Positions 29,640-39,331 are shown, counted from the first letter of the stretch. The stretch: DNA of 64,000 bases from Pseudomonadota bacterium (GCA_018262235.1 JAGTRY010000006.1:3632-67631); one strand, 5' to 3'. A program made the numbers and translations. The notes: a model not told the origin generated them from the sequence alone.

Positions 29640-32246
29640 TCAGGCCGGCTTGCCCGCCTGCCGCGCGATCCAGGCCCGACCGGCATCCGGCAACAAGGGG
29701 GCGCTCAAGCAATCGCCCTGGATGTAATCGACCCCGAGATTGCGCAGCATCTCCAGTTGCGCCACGCTTTCGACGCCCTCCGCAACCACACGACAGCCAA
29801 AGCCATGCGCCATGCCGAGAATCGCGCGCAACATCTGGTCACCCTCGGTATCCGCTGCCTGAACGAAGCTGCGGTCAATCTTGATGGTGTCGATGGGCAA
29901 GCGACTGAGATACGACAGCGAAGAATAGCCCGTTCCGAAATCGTCGATAGCAATGCGTACACCGAGTTCACGCAAGGTTTCGAGCACACGGGCGATTGCC
30001 GCGATGTCGTGGACGAACACGCTCTCGGTCAACTCCAGTTCGAGTCGTGAGGCGGGCAAGCCTGTTTCATGCAGGGTGGCATTCACATCATCCAGCAACT
30101 CGCCGGACATCACCTGCAGTGCCGAGACATTGACGGAAATCACCGTCTCATCACACCAAGTGAGGGCCTCGCGACACGCATTCATCAACACCCAGCGCCC
30201 GAGCTTGCCGATCAACCCGGCATCCTCTGCAATCGCAATGAATTCCCTGGGCGACACGGCGCCCCGCACAGGATGCTGCCAGCGCAGCAAAGCCTCCATT
30301 TTCGGCGTGAGGCCCGGCATTTGCGGCACCAGCGGTTGAAACAGGACATTCAGGGCCCCCCGTTCCAGTGCCTCCCGCAAAGCCTGCCCAAGCTCATGCA
30401 AACGGCGTAACTGGTCACCCATCGCGTTCTCGTAAACCTGCGACCCCGAACGCCCCTTGAGCTTGGCCTGATACATCGCGACATCCGCCTGGCGAACCAG
30501 CACCTCAACATCACGCCCCTGCTCGGGGGAAAGCGAAATGCCGATGCTGGCATCGATCCGCACCTCATTCCCCCGCACACAAACCGGTTTGGACAGACTC
30601 GCACGGATCACGGGCACCAGATTGCGCCCCGCCACGGTCGGGACCACCGCGACGAACTCGTCGCCCCCCCAGCGCGCGACCAGTGCCGGCTCCGGCAAGG
30701 CACGGCGCAAGCGCTCGGCGACCTCGATCAGCACCTGATCCCCCACGAAATGCCCTTGCACATCATTAACTTCCTTGAACCGGTCCAGATCGATGAACAA
30801 GACCTGTACGTCCATTCCCACGCCCGTTGCACGCGCCAGGATCTCATCCATTTGCTCGGACAGAGCACGCCGGTTCAGCAAGCCCGTCAACGGGTCATGC
30901 AAGGCCATTTCCTTGAGCTGTTCGGCATATTTCTCACGTGCATCTACCTCAAGCTCAAGCATGACCGTGCGCTCATGAACCCGGTCCTCCAAGGTCGTGT
31001 TGAGATTTTCAAGCTCCAGCTGGCGCGTGACCGACTCCTCGGCCAGGCGCTTGTTCTCCCGGCTCAGCAACAAGGCCGAAAGGGTGATGCGCCGTGCACT
31101 GCTGCTGGAATAGATCAGCAGACCGAAGGTCCCAGCACACAGCACTGCAACCGTCATATCGATACGCGAGCCGGACAGGGCGAAAAAACCAACCTGTGGC
31201 AGCAACAACAATGACAGGTACAGCAAGGAGACCCGGCGCGCCGACGCGAGCACAGCGCTCCCCGCGCCAGCCATCGCCACATAAACAAAAGCCATGGCCA
31301 TGCGCTGCACCTGGGTCGCTTCCGCAAAAAACAGGAACGGGAATACCGCCCAGGTCAGCGCCGAAGCGATACTGCCTGCCCCAAAGTTACGGATGGCGAC
31401 AAGCCCAGGAAAATCCGTTTCCCGTACCCGGAACCAGCGCAGATAACCGGCCAGGCGCGTAGCTAGGACTCCGAGCGACACGGCCCACCAGGAATACAGC
31501 AGCAAGCGGCTGGGATGCCCGAGGAACACAGCAACCAAAGCAGCGGAAGTCACCAGCGAAGCAAGGATGACGCTGCCCGTATAGCCGTGCATCATCAGCG
31601 CGATTTCGCGCGACACCAGAACATCCTCACCGGGCAGGATCAGGGCAGCCACCGAGGGCAGCAGCATCTGGCGCAACGCAAGCCCGAGCAGAATCCCGAT
31701 CAGGCAATAGGAAAACAGGGTCAATCCGCCGTAACTGAGCCGCTCGTCCAGCGCTTTCTGCTGGGCCAGCAAATCCCGCCGGACACCTTCGACATACGCC
31801 GACATGTTCTGCTCGGCAGGCATGACTTCTGCGTAAATCAACGCCACCGCTTCGTTCTGCCGCCCCTTTTGTGCAACATTGGCCACATCGTTTACGGCAC
31901 CGTAAAACGCCGACGAGACCTCATCCAACGAGGTCGAGTTCATCCCCAAGCCTCGCAAGCCGCTCACCGCAGCGGACAAACGACCGATGTGACTGCCTAC
32001 GCGCTCATGCAGAATGCTGCGCGGCCCCTCTTCCTTCTCCATCGCCATGGCCAGCAAAAGCGAGCGCACTTCCTTGAAGTTCGCGCTGATGTCGCTGACC
32101 GCCAGAAGTGCCGGGACCGAATGCTGATTCATGACATCCACATCCGTGCGCATACTGGTCCAGGCAATCATTCCGCCCAATCCGAGCAGAATGAACACCG
32201 CCATGGCAAACACGATGAAGATGGAGCGAAACGGAGTTCCCGGCAT
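29640..32246 (-). CDS. Membrane sensor with diguanylate cyclase (GGDEF) and phosphodiesterase (EAL) domains
   Basis: 868 aa. It has an N-terminal periplasmic helical sensor between two TMs, about 6 further TMs, a coiled coil, GGDEF (RWGGDEFVAV, no RxxD I-site seen), EAL (EALLRW) and DDFGTGYSSLSYL. Confidence 0.9.
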   Translation of the reverse strand: MPGTPFRSIFIVFAMAVFILLGLGGMIAWTSMRTDVDVMNQHSVPALLAVSDISANFKEVRSLLLAMAMEKEEGPRSILHERVGSHIGRLSAAVSGLRGLGMNSTSLDEVSSAFYGAVNDVANVAQKGRQNEAVALIYAEVMPAEQNMSAYVEGVRRDLLAQQKALDERLSYGGLTLFSYCLIGILLGLALRQMLLPSVAALILPGEDVLVSREIALMMHGYTGSVILASLVTSAALVAVFLGHPSRLLLYSWWAVSLGVLATRLAGYLRWFRVRETDFPGLVAIRNFGAGSIASALTWAVFPFLFFAEATQVQRMAMAFVYVAMAGAGSAVLASARRVSLLYLSLLLLPQVGFFALSGSRIDMTVAVLCAGTFGLLIYSSSSARRITLSALLLSRENKRLAEESVTRQLELENLNTTLEDRVHERTVMLELEVDAREKYAEQLKEMALHDPLTGLLNRRALSEQMDEILARATGVGMDVQVLFIDLDRFKEVNDVQGHFVGDQVLIEVAERLRRALPEPALVARWGGDEFVAVVPTVAGRNLVPVIRASLSKPVCVRGNEVRIDASIGISLSPEQGRDVEVLVRQADVAMYQAKLKGRSGSQVYENAMGDQLRRLHELGQALREALERGALNVLFQPLVPQMPGLTPKMEALLRWQHPVRGAVSPREFIAIAEDAGLIGKLGRWVLMNACREALTWCDETVISVNVSALQVMSGELLDDVNATLHETGLPASRLELELTESVFVHDIAAIARVLETLRELGVRIAIDDFGTGYSSLSYLSRLPIDTIKIDRSFVQAADTEGDQMLRAILGMAHGFGCRVVAEGVESVAQLEMLRNLGVDYIQGDCLSAPLLPDAGRAWIARQAGKPA

Positions 32247-32370
32247 GTCGATCTCAACGAAACGGATTAAGGCAGAACAATGCCGGATTCCTGCGAAAAC
32301 TCAAGCGCTTGACGCTGGTCGTCGGCCTCGCGACAATCAAACGCGTGCCATGACAAGCGCACAAAAAGCC

Positions 32371-33291
32371 CTAGTCACGAGAAGGTCTCAATGCAGTTCC
32401 CAGTACACCATCCAGAAACCGCAGGAAGGCCCGTACCGGTGCGGAGTTCTGGCGACCACTCGGATACAAGGCCAGAACCGCCGGCCCTGGCCGCTTCCAG
32501 TCCGGCAGAACACGAACCAGCTTGCCTTCCTGTAGATGTGGCCGCAACAGGAAATCGAAATCCTCATAGATACCCAGGCCAGCCAACGCACAGGTCAGTC
32601 CGGCACGCGCGTTATCCACGGCAAGATCGCCATCGGCCGTCACGGTTATTTTTTCCCGCCCTTTGACCAGCACATAATCAATCGCACGTCCCGCGTCTGC
32701 ATCGAAAAAATCGATGGTCTGGTGTCGCAACAGATCGTTCGGATGCAAGGGAACGCCATAGCGCGCTAGATAGGCCGGACTGGCCGCCATGACAAAACTC
32801 ACCTGCCCGAACCGTTTGTAGCGGTAAGCAGAATCCTTGTTGTTGGAAAGCCGCAAGGCGACATCAATCCCCTCTTCTGCCAGATCAGGGGCCCGCTCGG
32901 ACAAGGAAATCCGCAAAGCCAGATCCGGATAAGGCCGCAAGAATTCCGCCATGCGTGGCAGGACAAGCGTATTCGCAATGGATTCCGTCATCTGCACATG
33001 CAGATGCCCTGCCACCCGCCCGGCCCGCTGCGAAAACTCCGCCTGCAACTCCTCCAGCCCACTGACCAGCACCGCCGCACGCGTGGCATACCGCTCGCCA
33101 TCCGCCGTCAGCGAGACATGCCGGGTTGTACGGTGAAACAAGGGAAAGCCGAGAGACCGTTCCAGCGTCTGGATCTGTGCGCTGACTGTCGAACGCGCCA
33201 AGCCCAGGCGTTTTGCGGCAAGCGAGAAGGACCCCAGCTCGGCCGCCACAAGGAAAGTCTGCAATTCAGCATAGTTGTTCGCTGACGACAT
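32371..33291 (-). CDS. LysR family transcriptional regulator
   Basis: The N-terminal wHTH ELGSFSLAAKRLGLARSTVSAQIQTLE plus a LysR substrate-binding domain of appropriate length. Confidence 0.9.
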   Translation of the reverse strand: MSSANNYAELQTFLVAAELGSFSLAAKRLGLARSTVSAQIQTLERSLGFPLFHRTTRHVSLTADGERYATRAAVLVSGLEELQAEFSQRAGRVAGHLHVQMTESIANTLVLPRMAEFLRPYPDLALRISLSERAPDLAEEGIDVALRLSNNKDSAYRYKRFGQVSFVMAASPAYLARYGVPLHPNDLLRHQTIDFFDADAGRAIDYVLVKGREKITVTADGDLAVDNARAGLTCALAGLGIYEDFDFLLRPHLQEGKLVRVLPDWKRPGPAVLALYPSGRQNSAPVRAFLRFLDGVLGTALRPSRD

Positions 33292-33383
33292 TGTCTATTC
33301 CTGTCGAACAATGAATTAGCCCCATTCGACCAGAACCGCACCTATAGTTCAAGCATCCAGCTTCATCATCAAGAGGTGACCCC

Positions 33384-33524
33384 ATGTCCAACCGCATTTC
33401 CAGCGGGGCAAGCGCAAGGCGCCTGACGGCATTCAACCGTTTCCTTGCCTTGATTCCGAGCGAATTGTCGTTCCGTGATGCCGCGATGTGCCCCGAGCCA
33501 TCGTGCAGCGCCGTAACGCACTGA
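33384..33524 (+). CDS. Candidate small ORF (46 aa), divergent from the LysR gene
   Basis: ATG preceded by AGAGG 6 nt upstream. Third codon positions are G/C-rich, like the genome. Product: MSNRISSGASARRLTAFNRFLALIPSELSFRDAAMCPEPSCSAVTH. It is below the ORF-track length cutoff. Confidence 0.3.
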   Translation: MSNRISSGASARRLTAFNRFLALIPSELSFRDAAMCPEPSCSAVTH

Positions 33525-33607
33525 CATTTCCCTCATCACCGGTTCGTTTCCGCCATGCCGTTCTTCCCTGTACGGCAAGTGCGCACGTGCCTAGCAAGGA
33601 GTCGATC

Positions 33608-33757
33608 ATGAAACTCGTCCTTCATTCGCCACATTACACGCCATTACACCTTTCCCGCAAAATGCGCGAGCTCTTGCTTGCCACAGGATACGTCCTGATC
33701 CCCTACCTGGTTGCCGCCATCTTGGTGTTCGCTTACCAAAGACAATGGTTCATGTGA
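33608..33757 (+). CDS. Candidate small membrane protein (49 aa)
   Basis: Strong SD AAGGAG 7 nt upstream of the ATG. The product has a single C-terminal TM (LLLATGYVLIPYLVAAILVFAY) and is followed by an AT-rich stretch. Confidence 0.35.
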   Translation: MKLVLHSPHYTPLHLSRKMRELLLATGYVLIPYLVAAILVFAYQRQWFM

Positions 33758-33942
33758 ATAAAATCCGTTCAAATCATCTGCCATTAACATAAATACAAAA
33801 AAGGAGCCTCTTGCCATAAAGAGAATAGCGAATATGTAAATGCTCGCATGGACACTCGCTAGCATTTTCCCTACCATTGGACACCGTACCGCCTCGTATG
33901 TGTCGAGGTGAAAATTTTTCATTCTTTCGGAGAAGCGATCCA

Positions 33943-34710
33943 ATGCGTGCAATCCACTCCATCGCCCTTGCCATCGGGCTTGTTTGTGCAGCAACGGCCG
34001 TCCAGGCTCGCGACTGGGCAACCATCAAACAGTCCGGCAGCATTGTCGCCGCCAGCGAAGGCGCCTACCCCCCGTTCAATTATTTCCACGGTTCCAAACT
34101 CACGGGTTATGAAATCGACGTAATGGAAGCGGTGGCCAAGAAGTTGGGGTTGCAGGTTGAATGGCGCGCGCTGGCTTTTGATGCACTGATCGCAAGCATC
34201 CGTCAGGACCGTTTTGACGTTGCCATCGCCAGCCACGGCATCACCGAAGAACGTCAGAAGTCGGTTGATTTCACCACCCCGCACTATTGTTCCGGTGGCC
34301 AGATCGTTGCCAAGGCCGGTGGCCCGCTCAAGGCAAACGAATTGAGTGGCAAGACTCTGGGCGTACAACTGGCAACGACCTATGCCGATGCAGCCAAGAA
34401 AGTCAGCGGCGCCAAGGAAGTAAAGACCTACCCGAAAGACACCGATGCACTGCAAGCCTTGCTGGGTGGCCGCGTCGATGCCTGGATTACCGACCGTTTC
34501 GTCGCCAAGAATGCCCTGGCCAAGAATGCCTCCGAAGGCCTCAAGGCGGGTGACATGGTATTCGTGGAGCGTGACGCAATGATCCTGCGCAAGGGCAACA
34601 ACGAACTGCGCGAACAGCTCAACAAGGGTCTGGCTGAAATCAAGGCCGATGGAACGCTCAAAGCCATCTCCGAAAAGTATTTCCAGGAAGACATTTCCTG
34701 CTCTAACTAA
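33943..34710 (+). CDS. Polar amino-acid ABC transporter substrate-binding protein
   Basis: Signal peptide MRAIHSIALAIGLVCAATAVQA, then family-3 SBP features (YPPFNYF, GYEIDVMEAVAKKLG). Confidence 0.88.
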   Translation: MRAIHSIALAIGLVCAATAVQARDWATIKQSGSIVAASEGAYPPFNYFHGSKLTGYEIDVMEAVAKKLGLQVEWRALAFDALIASIRQDRFDVAIASHGITEERQKSVDFTTPHYCSGGQIVAKAGGPLKANELSGKTLGVQLATTYADAAKKVSGAKEVKTYPKDTDALQALLGGRVDAWITDRFVAKNALAKNASEGLKAGDMVFVERDAMILRKGNNELREQLNKGLAEIKADGTLKAISEKYFQEDISCSN

Positions 34711-34737
34711 GCTGGTCCTGATTCCTTGCTGAAGCAG

Positions 34738-34757
34738 CGGGCACCCATGGGTGCCCG
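34738..34757 (+). promoter_or_regulatory. Perfect 20-nt palindrome (intercistronic stem-loop) between the SBP and permease genes
   Basis: CGGGCACCCATGGGTGCCCG is its own reverse complement. As RNA it would form an 8-bp stem with a CAUG loop. Confidence 0.6.
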
Positions 34758-34773
34758 TCGACTTGTTGAAGAC

Positions 34774-35529
34774 ATGATCCACAAACTCAAAGATCGCGAC
34801 TCACTGATCCTCGTCGGCTCAGTCATGGGCCTGGGCCTGATCCTGTGGCTGATGGCCCTGCCGCTGGCAACACTGCCGGCCCCCATCGGCCCGGCAGCGG
34901 CACAGTTTTCCGCTGGCGCCCTGACCACCATCGAGCTGACCCTGTGGGCCAGCGTATTCGGTCTGGTACTAGGTATTCTCGCCGCATTGGGCAAACGCTC
35001 ACACATCCCACCTGCACGCTGGGTGGCAGACCTTTATGTATGGGTCATTCGCGGCACCCCCTTGCTGCTGCAGATCCTGTTTTTCTTCCTCGCAGTGCCA
35101 GCGATAGCTCCGCAGTTACAGCTCTCTGAATTCTGGACGGCAGTCATCGCCTTGTCGCTCAACGTCGGCGCCTACAATGCCGAAGTCATCCGCGCGGGAA
35201 TCAATGCTGTTCCCACCGGTCAGGTCGAAGCCGCCCGTTCCCTTGGACTGAGCCTTGTCTATACGTTTTGGGACATCGTCCTGCCACAGGCTGTACGCAT
35301 TTCCCTGCCCCCCTTGGCCAACAACATGGTCGCGCTGCTCAAGGACTCTTCTCTCGCGTACGCCATCGGCGTAGTAGAGCTGTCCATGGTCAGCTCGCGG
35401 GTCCAGGCAGAGAGCTTCCAGCCGGTCCCCGTCTTCATGACCGTGGCGGCGATCTATCTGCTGCTCACCACCACCTTCACTCAATTCGCTGCTGCGCTGG
35501 AGCGCAAGCTGGCAGTAGGCAAGCGGTGA
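34774..35529 (+). CDS. Amino-acid ABC transporter permease (His/Glu/Gln/Arg/opine family)
   Basis: EAA-type loop region [22 protein letters not shown] and 5 TM segments. ATG 34774 is chosen downstream of the palindrome. Alternative starts are 34726 (TTG) and 34747. Confidence 0.85.
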   Translation: MIHKLKDRDSLILVGSVMGLGLILWLMALPLATLPAPIGPAAAQFSAGALTTIELTLWASVFGLVLGILAALGKRSHIPPARWVADLYVWVIRGTPLLLQILFFFLAVPAIAPQLQLSEFWTAVIALSLNVGAYNAEVIRAGINAVPTGQVEAARSLGLSLVYTFWDIVLPQAVRISLPPLANNMVALLKDSSLAYAIGVVELSMVSSRVQAESFQPVPVFMTVAAIYLLLTTTFTQFAAALERKLAVGKR

Positions 35530-35534
35530 ACACC

Positions 35535-36287
35535 ATGCAAAACGGCACTCCCATCATTCGCGTTGAGCACGTATATAAAGCCTGGGGCGCGTTTACCGCC
35601 CTCAATGACGTATCGATCTCCTTCAACGAAGGCGAGGTCGTGTGCATTATCGGGCCGTCCGGCTCGGGCAAGTCCACCCTGCTGCGCACCATCAACCGCC
35701 TCGAGCGTCAGAATGCCGGGCGCATCGTCGTCGACGGCATCGAACTGGATGATGACCTCAAGCACATCGATGCCGTGCGTACAGAAGTCGGCATGGTGTT
35801 CCAGAGCTTCAACCTCTTCTCGCACATGACCGTGCTCGACAACATCACCCTGGCTCCGCGCCGGGTACGCAAATGGTCCGCCGACAAGGCACGCCAGGTT
35901 GCCCTCGAACTGCTCGAACGTGTCGGCCTTTCTGCCCACGCCCAGAAATACCCCAGCCAACTCTCCGGTGGCCAGCAACAACGGGTGGCGATCGCCCGCG
36001 CACTGGCCATGCAGCCGAAGATCATGCTGTTCGATGAACCGACCTCGGCACTCGACCCGGAAATGGTCAATGAAGTGCTGCTGGTCATGCGTGATCTGGC
36101 GGAAAGCGGCATGACCATGTTGATTGTGACCCACGAAATGGGTTTCGCCCGCGAGGTTGCCGACCGAGTTATCTTCTTCGATCACGGTTGTATCGTTGAA
36201 GAGAGCAGTGATCCACAGCAGTTTTTTTCTAACCCCACTCACCCACGTGCCCAGGCCTTCTTGAAGCAGATCAAGCACGCGGCCTGA
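35535..36287 (+). CDS. Amino-acid ABC transporter ATP-binding protein
   Basis: Walker [10 protein letters not shown], signature [15 protein letters not shown], and Walker [12 protein letters not shown]. Confidence 0.93.
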   Translation: MQNGTPIIRVEHVYKAWGAFTALNDVSISFNEGEVVCIIGPSGSGKSTLLRTINRLERQNAGRIVVDGIELDDDLKHIDAVRTEVGMVFQSFNLFSHMTVLDNITLAPRRVRKWSADKARQVALELLERVGLSAHAQKYPSQLSGGQQQRVAIARALAMQPKIMLFDEPTSALDPEMVNEVLLVMRDLAESGMTMLIVTHEMGFAREVADRVIFFDHGCIVEESSDPQQFFSNPTHPRAQAFLKQIKHAA

Positions 36288-36323
36288 CACTTCAGCTATC
36301 CACCTTGCAAGGGAGTACGACCC

Positions 36324-37643
36324 ATGAAAATGATGAACAAACGTGTTCTAGTTGCCGCCGTCGCTGCAGCCGTGAGCTGTTCGGCATTTGCTGCCGCCGA
36401 CCCGGTTCTCGACAAACTGGAAAAACAAATTGCCGAGCTGCAAAAGCAGGTCCAGGAACTCAAGGCGACTCAAGCCAAGGATGCCGAAGCCCGCAAGGAA
36501 CTGGCCAACCAGCTTGAAGCACAGGGCAAGGAAGCCGTCGTCAAGGGCGACGTTCCGGGCTCGATCCGCCGCAGCGGTGAAGAAACCTCACTGCACATCT
36601 ATGGCTTCGCCCGCCTGGATGCCGTGCATAACTTCGGTGGCCGCAACAACGCAAGCACCGGTGATTACGCCGCTTATCAACCTTCGATCGCGCTGACCGG
36701 TTCTTCCGATGCCGCCCGTCGCGGTGAAACCTACATGTTCACCAAGACTTCCCGCCTCGGCGTGGAAGCCTTCACGCCGACCAAGTTCGGTGCACTGAAC
36801 ACCAAGGTTGAAGGCGATTTCTACAATACGACCGGCAGCGGCCTGTTCCGTCTGCGTCACGCATACGGCCAGTTGGGTTCGTGGCTGGTGGGGCAGACCT
36901 GGTCGACCTTCATGGATCTGGACTCTACGCCCGAGACCGTCGACTTCAATGGCGCGACCGGCAACACCTCGCTGCGTCAGCCCCAAGTGCGTTACACCTA
37001 CGTGACGCCTAACCTCGGCAACTTCATTGCCGCCATTGAAACCAAGGCCAACGGCGGCGCCACCAGTGGCGACGAAATGACCCGCACGCCGGATCTGGTC
37101 CTGCGCTGGGAGAAAGCCGCCGAGTGGGGCCATGTCGCCCTGCGCGGAGTGACCACCGAGAACGCCATCAAGAGTGATGCCACGACGGCTTCCAAGCGTG
37201 GCTATGGCATTGGTCTGGGTGGCCACTATGTCGTGACCGATACAACCGCCCTGCTGGCCAGCACCAGCTATGGCCAAGGTATGGGCCGCTTCTTCAACGA
37301 ATCGGTCGGTGCTGTTACCGACAGCGGCATCGGCAAGGTCTATCTGCCGACAGAACTGGGTCTGGTCTTCGGCGTGCAACAGAAGTTCTCCGACTCCCTG
37401 CGTGGCAGCGTGACCTACGGTCAGCAACGTACCTACAACGGCGACTATGCGGCCTACGTCAACAAGAACAGCATCACCACCAACCGCTTCGTACAGTCCG
37501 GCACCGTCGGCCTGATCTGGGCGCCGGTGGCCAATGTCGAACTGGGCGGCGAATTCATGCTGTCACGTCGCGAAACGCTGGACGGCCGCAGTGGTACCGA
37601 ACCGCGTCTGAACTTTGCCGCGACCTACTCGTTCGGCAACTGA
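36324..37643 (+). CDS. Outer-membrane porin with N-terminal coiled coil (DcaP-like)
   Basis: Signal peptide ending AFAAA, then a ~50-aa heptad region (LDKLEKQIAELQKQVQELKATQAK), then an alternating beta-strand-like sequence. SD GGGAG. Confidence 0.55.
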   Translation: MKMMNKRVLVAAVAAAVSCSAFAAADPVLDKLEKQIAELQKQVQELKATQAKDAEARKELANQLEAQGKEAVVKGDVPGSIRRSGEETSLHIYGFARLDAVHNFGGRNNASTGDYAAYQPSIALTGSSDAARRGETYMFTKTSRLGVEAFTPTKFGALNTKVEGDFYNTTGSGLFRLRHAYGQLGSWLVGQTWSTFMDLDSTPETVDFNGATGNTSLRQPQVRYTYVTPNLGNFIAAIETKANGGATSGDEMTRTPDLVLRWEKAAEWGHVALRGVTTENAIKSDATTASKRGYGIGLGGHYVVTDTTALLASTSYGQGMGRFFNESVGAVTDSGIGKVYLPTELGLVFGVQQKFSDSLRGSVTYGQQRTYNGDYAAYVNKNSITTNRFVQSGTVGLIWAPVANVELGGEFMLSRRETLDGRSGTEPRLNFAATYSFGN

Positions 37644-37663
37644 TCGGTTTCACCTGCAGCATG

Positions 37664-37689
37664 AAAAAGCCGGCGCAAGCCGGCTTTTT
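37664..37689. terminator. Bidirectional rho-independent terminator
   Basis: AAAAAGCCGGC-GCAA-GCCGGCTTTTT. Confidence 0.85.
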
Positions 37690-37730
37690 CACTTTCAGGC
37701 GCAGTCAATCGCCGCGCCAGCGTACTGCGC

Positions 37731-38846
37731 TCAGCGCAAACCCAGACGCCACAAAGTTGTCATTTCATCCGCACGTGCAACATGCAGCGGGTCCGTTGCA
37801 TCCTTGCTGCGTGGATGTTGCGGACGGATATTGTGGCGCCCCAAAACCCGCAAACCGCCCACCGCGATCCATTCAAGCAACTGCTCACGCGTGCGCAAGC
37901 CCAGATGCTCGGCCAGATCGGAAAGAATCAACCAGCCCTCGCCCCTGGGCGTGAGATGGTCTGCCAAGCCACTCAGGAAGCCACGCAACATCTGGCTGTC
38001 CGGATCGTATACCGCGGTTTCGAGCGCAGAACTTGGCCGCGCCGGTAGCCAGGGCGGATTGCATACCACCAGCGGAGCACGCCCAGGCGGAAACAGATCG
38101 GCTTCGATCACCGCCACCTTTTTGGCATATCCCAGGCGGGCTATATTGTCCCGCGCGCAGGCCAGCGCGCGCGGCGCCAATTCGCTTGCCACCACCTGTG
38201 CCACGCCACGCTTGGCGAGCAGGGCGGCGATCACGCCAGTCCCCGTACCAATGTCGAAAGCCAGTTCGGTACTGGGCAGATCGGCCTTCTGGATCAAGTC
38301 CAGATATTCACCGCGCACCGGCGAAAACACTCCGTAATGCGGATGGATCCGCGCACCCAACGGCAGGATCATCACGCCCTTCTTACGCCATTCGTGCGTG
38401 CTGATCAGGCTCAACAGCTCGCGCAGAGACACCACCGAGTCTTCGCTGCCGGGCCCATAGGCTTCCTGGCAGGCGAGCTGGACATCCGGCGCACGACGCA
38501 ACGGAATACTGTAATCCGCAGCCAGCGGCACCAGCAGCATGCCAAGCGTACGCGCCCGTTGTGCCTGTGCCTGGCGATGCAGGTGAAAAGCCTCGGGCAT
38601 GGCCGTAACGGTCTTGCGTGGTTTGCGCTCGACGCGACGCTTCAACGCGTCCAGCAGCAGGCGGGCATTCTGGAAATCCCCGCGCCAGAGCAGCCCGGTC
38701 CCCTCACAGGCGAGACGAAAGGCCGTATCCGCACTCAGGTTGTCATCCGCGATTTCAATCCGCCGGGGCGGCGATGCGCCATTCTCTGCGCGCCAGCACG
38801 CAGAACAGGCTTGCCCGCCCTCCTGCCAATTCAGAAGGTTCGACAT
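37731..38846 (-). CDS. Class I SAM-dependent methyltransferase with NPPW motif
   Basis: SAM-binding DIGTGTGVIA and catalytic VVCNPPWLP, which is N6-adenine/N5-glutamine MTase-like. A ~190-aa N-terminal domain of unknown function precedes them. Confidence 0.75.
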   Translation of the reverse strand: MSNLLNWQEGGQACSACWRAENGASPPRRIEIADDNLSADTAFRLACEGTGLLWRGDFQNARLLLDALKRRVERKPRKTVTAMPEAFHLHRQAQAQRARTLGMLLVPLAADYSIPLRRAPDVQLACQEAYGPGSEDSVVSLRELLSLISTHEWRKKGVMILPLGARIHPHYGVFSPVRGEYLDLIQKADLPSTELAFDIGTGTGVIAALLAKRGVAQVVASELAPRALACARDNIARLGYAKKVAVIEADLFPPGRAPLVVCNPPWLPARPSSALETAVYDPDSQMLRGFLSGLADHLTPRGEGWLILSDLAEHLGLRTREQLLEWIAVGGLRVLGRHNIRPQHPRSKDATDPLHVARADEMTTLWRLGLR

Positions 38847-39331
38847 CAGCGAAAACGTACCGTTTTTTCAATCCGGACGACGCCATCCGCAACAGGATGG
38901 AGTTGAACGGAAATGACCGCGGCGGCAAAGCCATCACTGCCCTGTTCCAGTGGCCATTCCCAGATGTCGCCCCCCGTCACCCCGTCTTTGGCGACATAGC
39001 GCGGATTGCCAAGAATGCGTTTGACCTCCATGCGGGTCATGCCCGTACGGAGCAGCGCCATGTTTTCGAGCGTAATCACCTCGCGCACCGCCGTCAGCAT
39101 GCCTTTGGCGTCGAAATCGAGCATCACGTTCTGCGCGTTGTCAGGTCGTGCATCGTATTCCAGGCTCAGGGTGCCATCGGTGTTCTTCCATTCGGCCGCT
39201 GGCTTTTCCTTGGCGCGCACCTGCTCGATGCTGATCGTGCCGGGTTTCAAGTGCTCCACCCCCATCAGGCTGACGCACGCAGCCAGACTGACTCCTGCCA
39301 ACGCGCACACCATCCACTTTCCTGCGTTCAT
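38846..39331 (-). CDS. BamE/SmpA-OmlA-like lipoprotein
   Basis: Lipobox SLAAC and the OmlA-type segment GMTRMEVKRILGNP. Its stop overlaps the methyltransferase ATG by 1 nt (TGATG). Confidence 0.6.
   Translation of the reverse strand: MNAGKWMVCALAGVSLAACVSLMGVEHLKPGTISIEQVRAKEKPAAEWKNTDGTLSLEYDARPDNAQNVMLDFDAKGMLTAVREVITLENMALLRTGMTRMEVKRILGNPRYVAKDGVTGGDIWEWPLEQGSDGFAAAVISVQLHPVADGVVRIEKTVRFR

Noticed and set aside
33644-34043. 125-aa and 89-aa minus-strand ORFs over the AT-rich gap and the start of the SBP gene.
   Set aside because: They overlap the well-supported SBP signal-peptide region in antisense and have poor codon bias. I cannot exclude a short antisense product or RNA, as noted in the findings.
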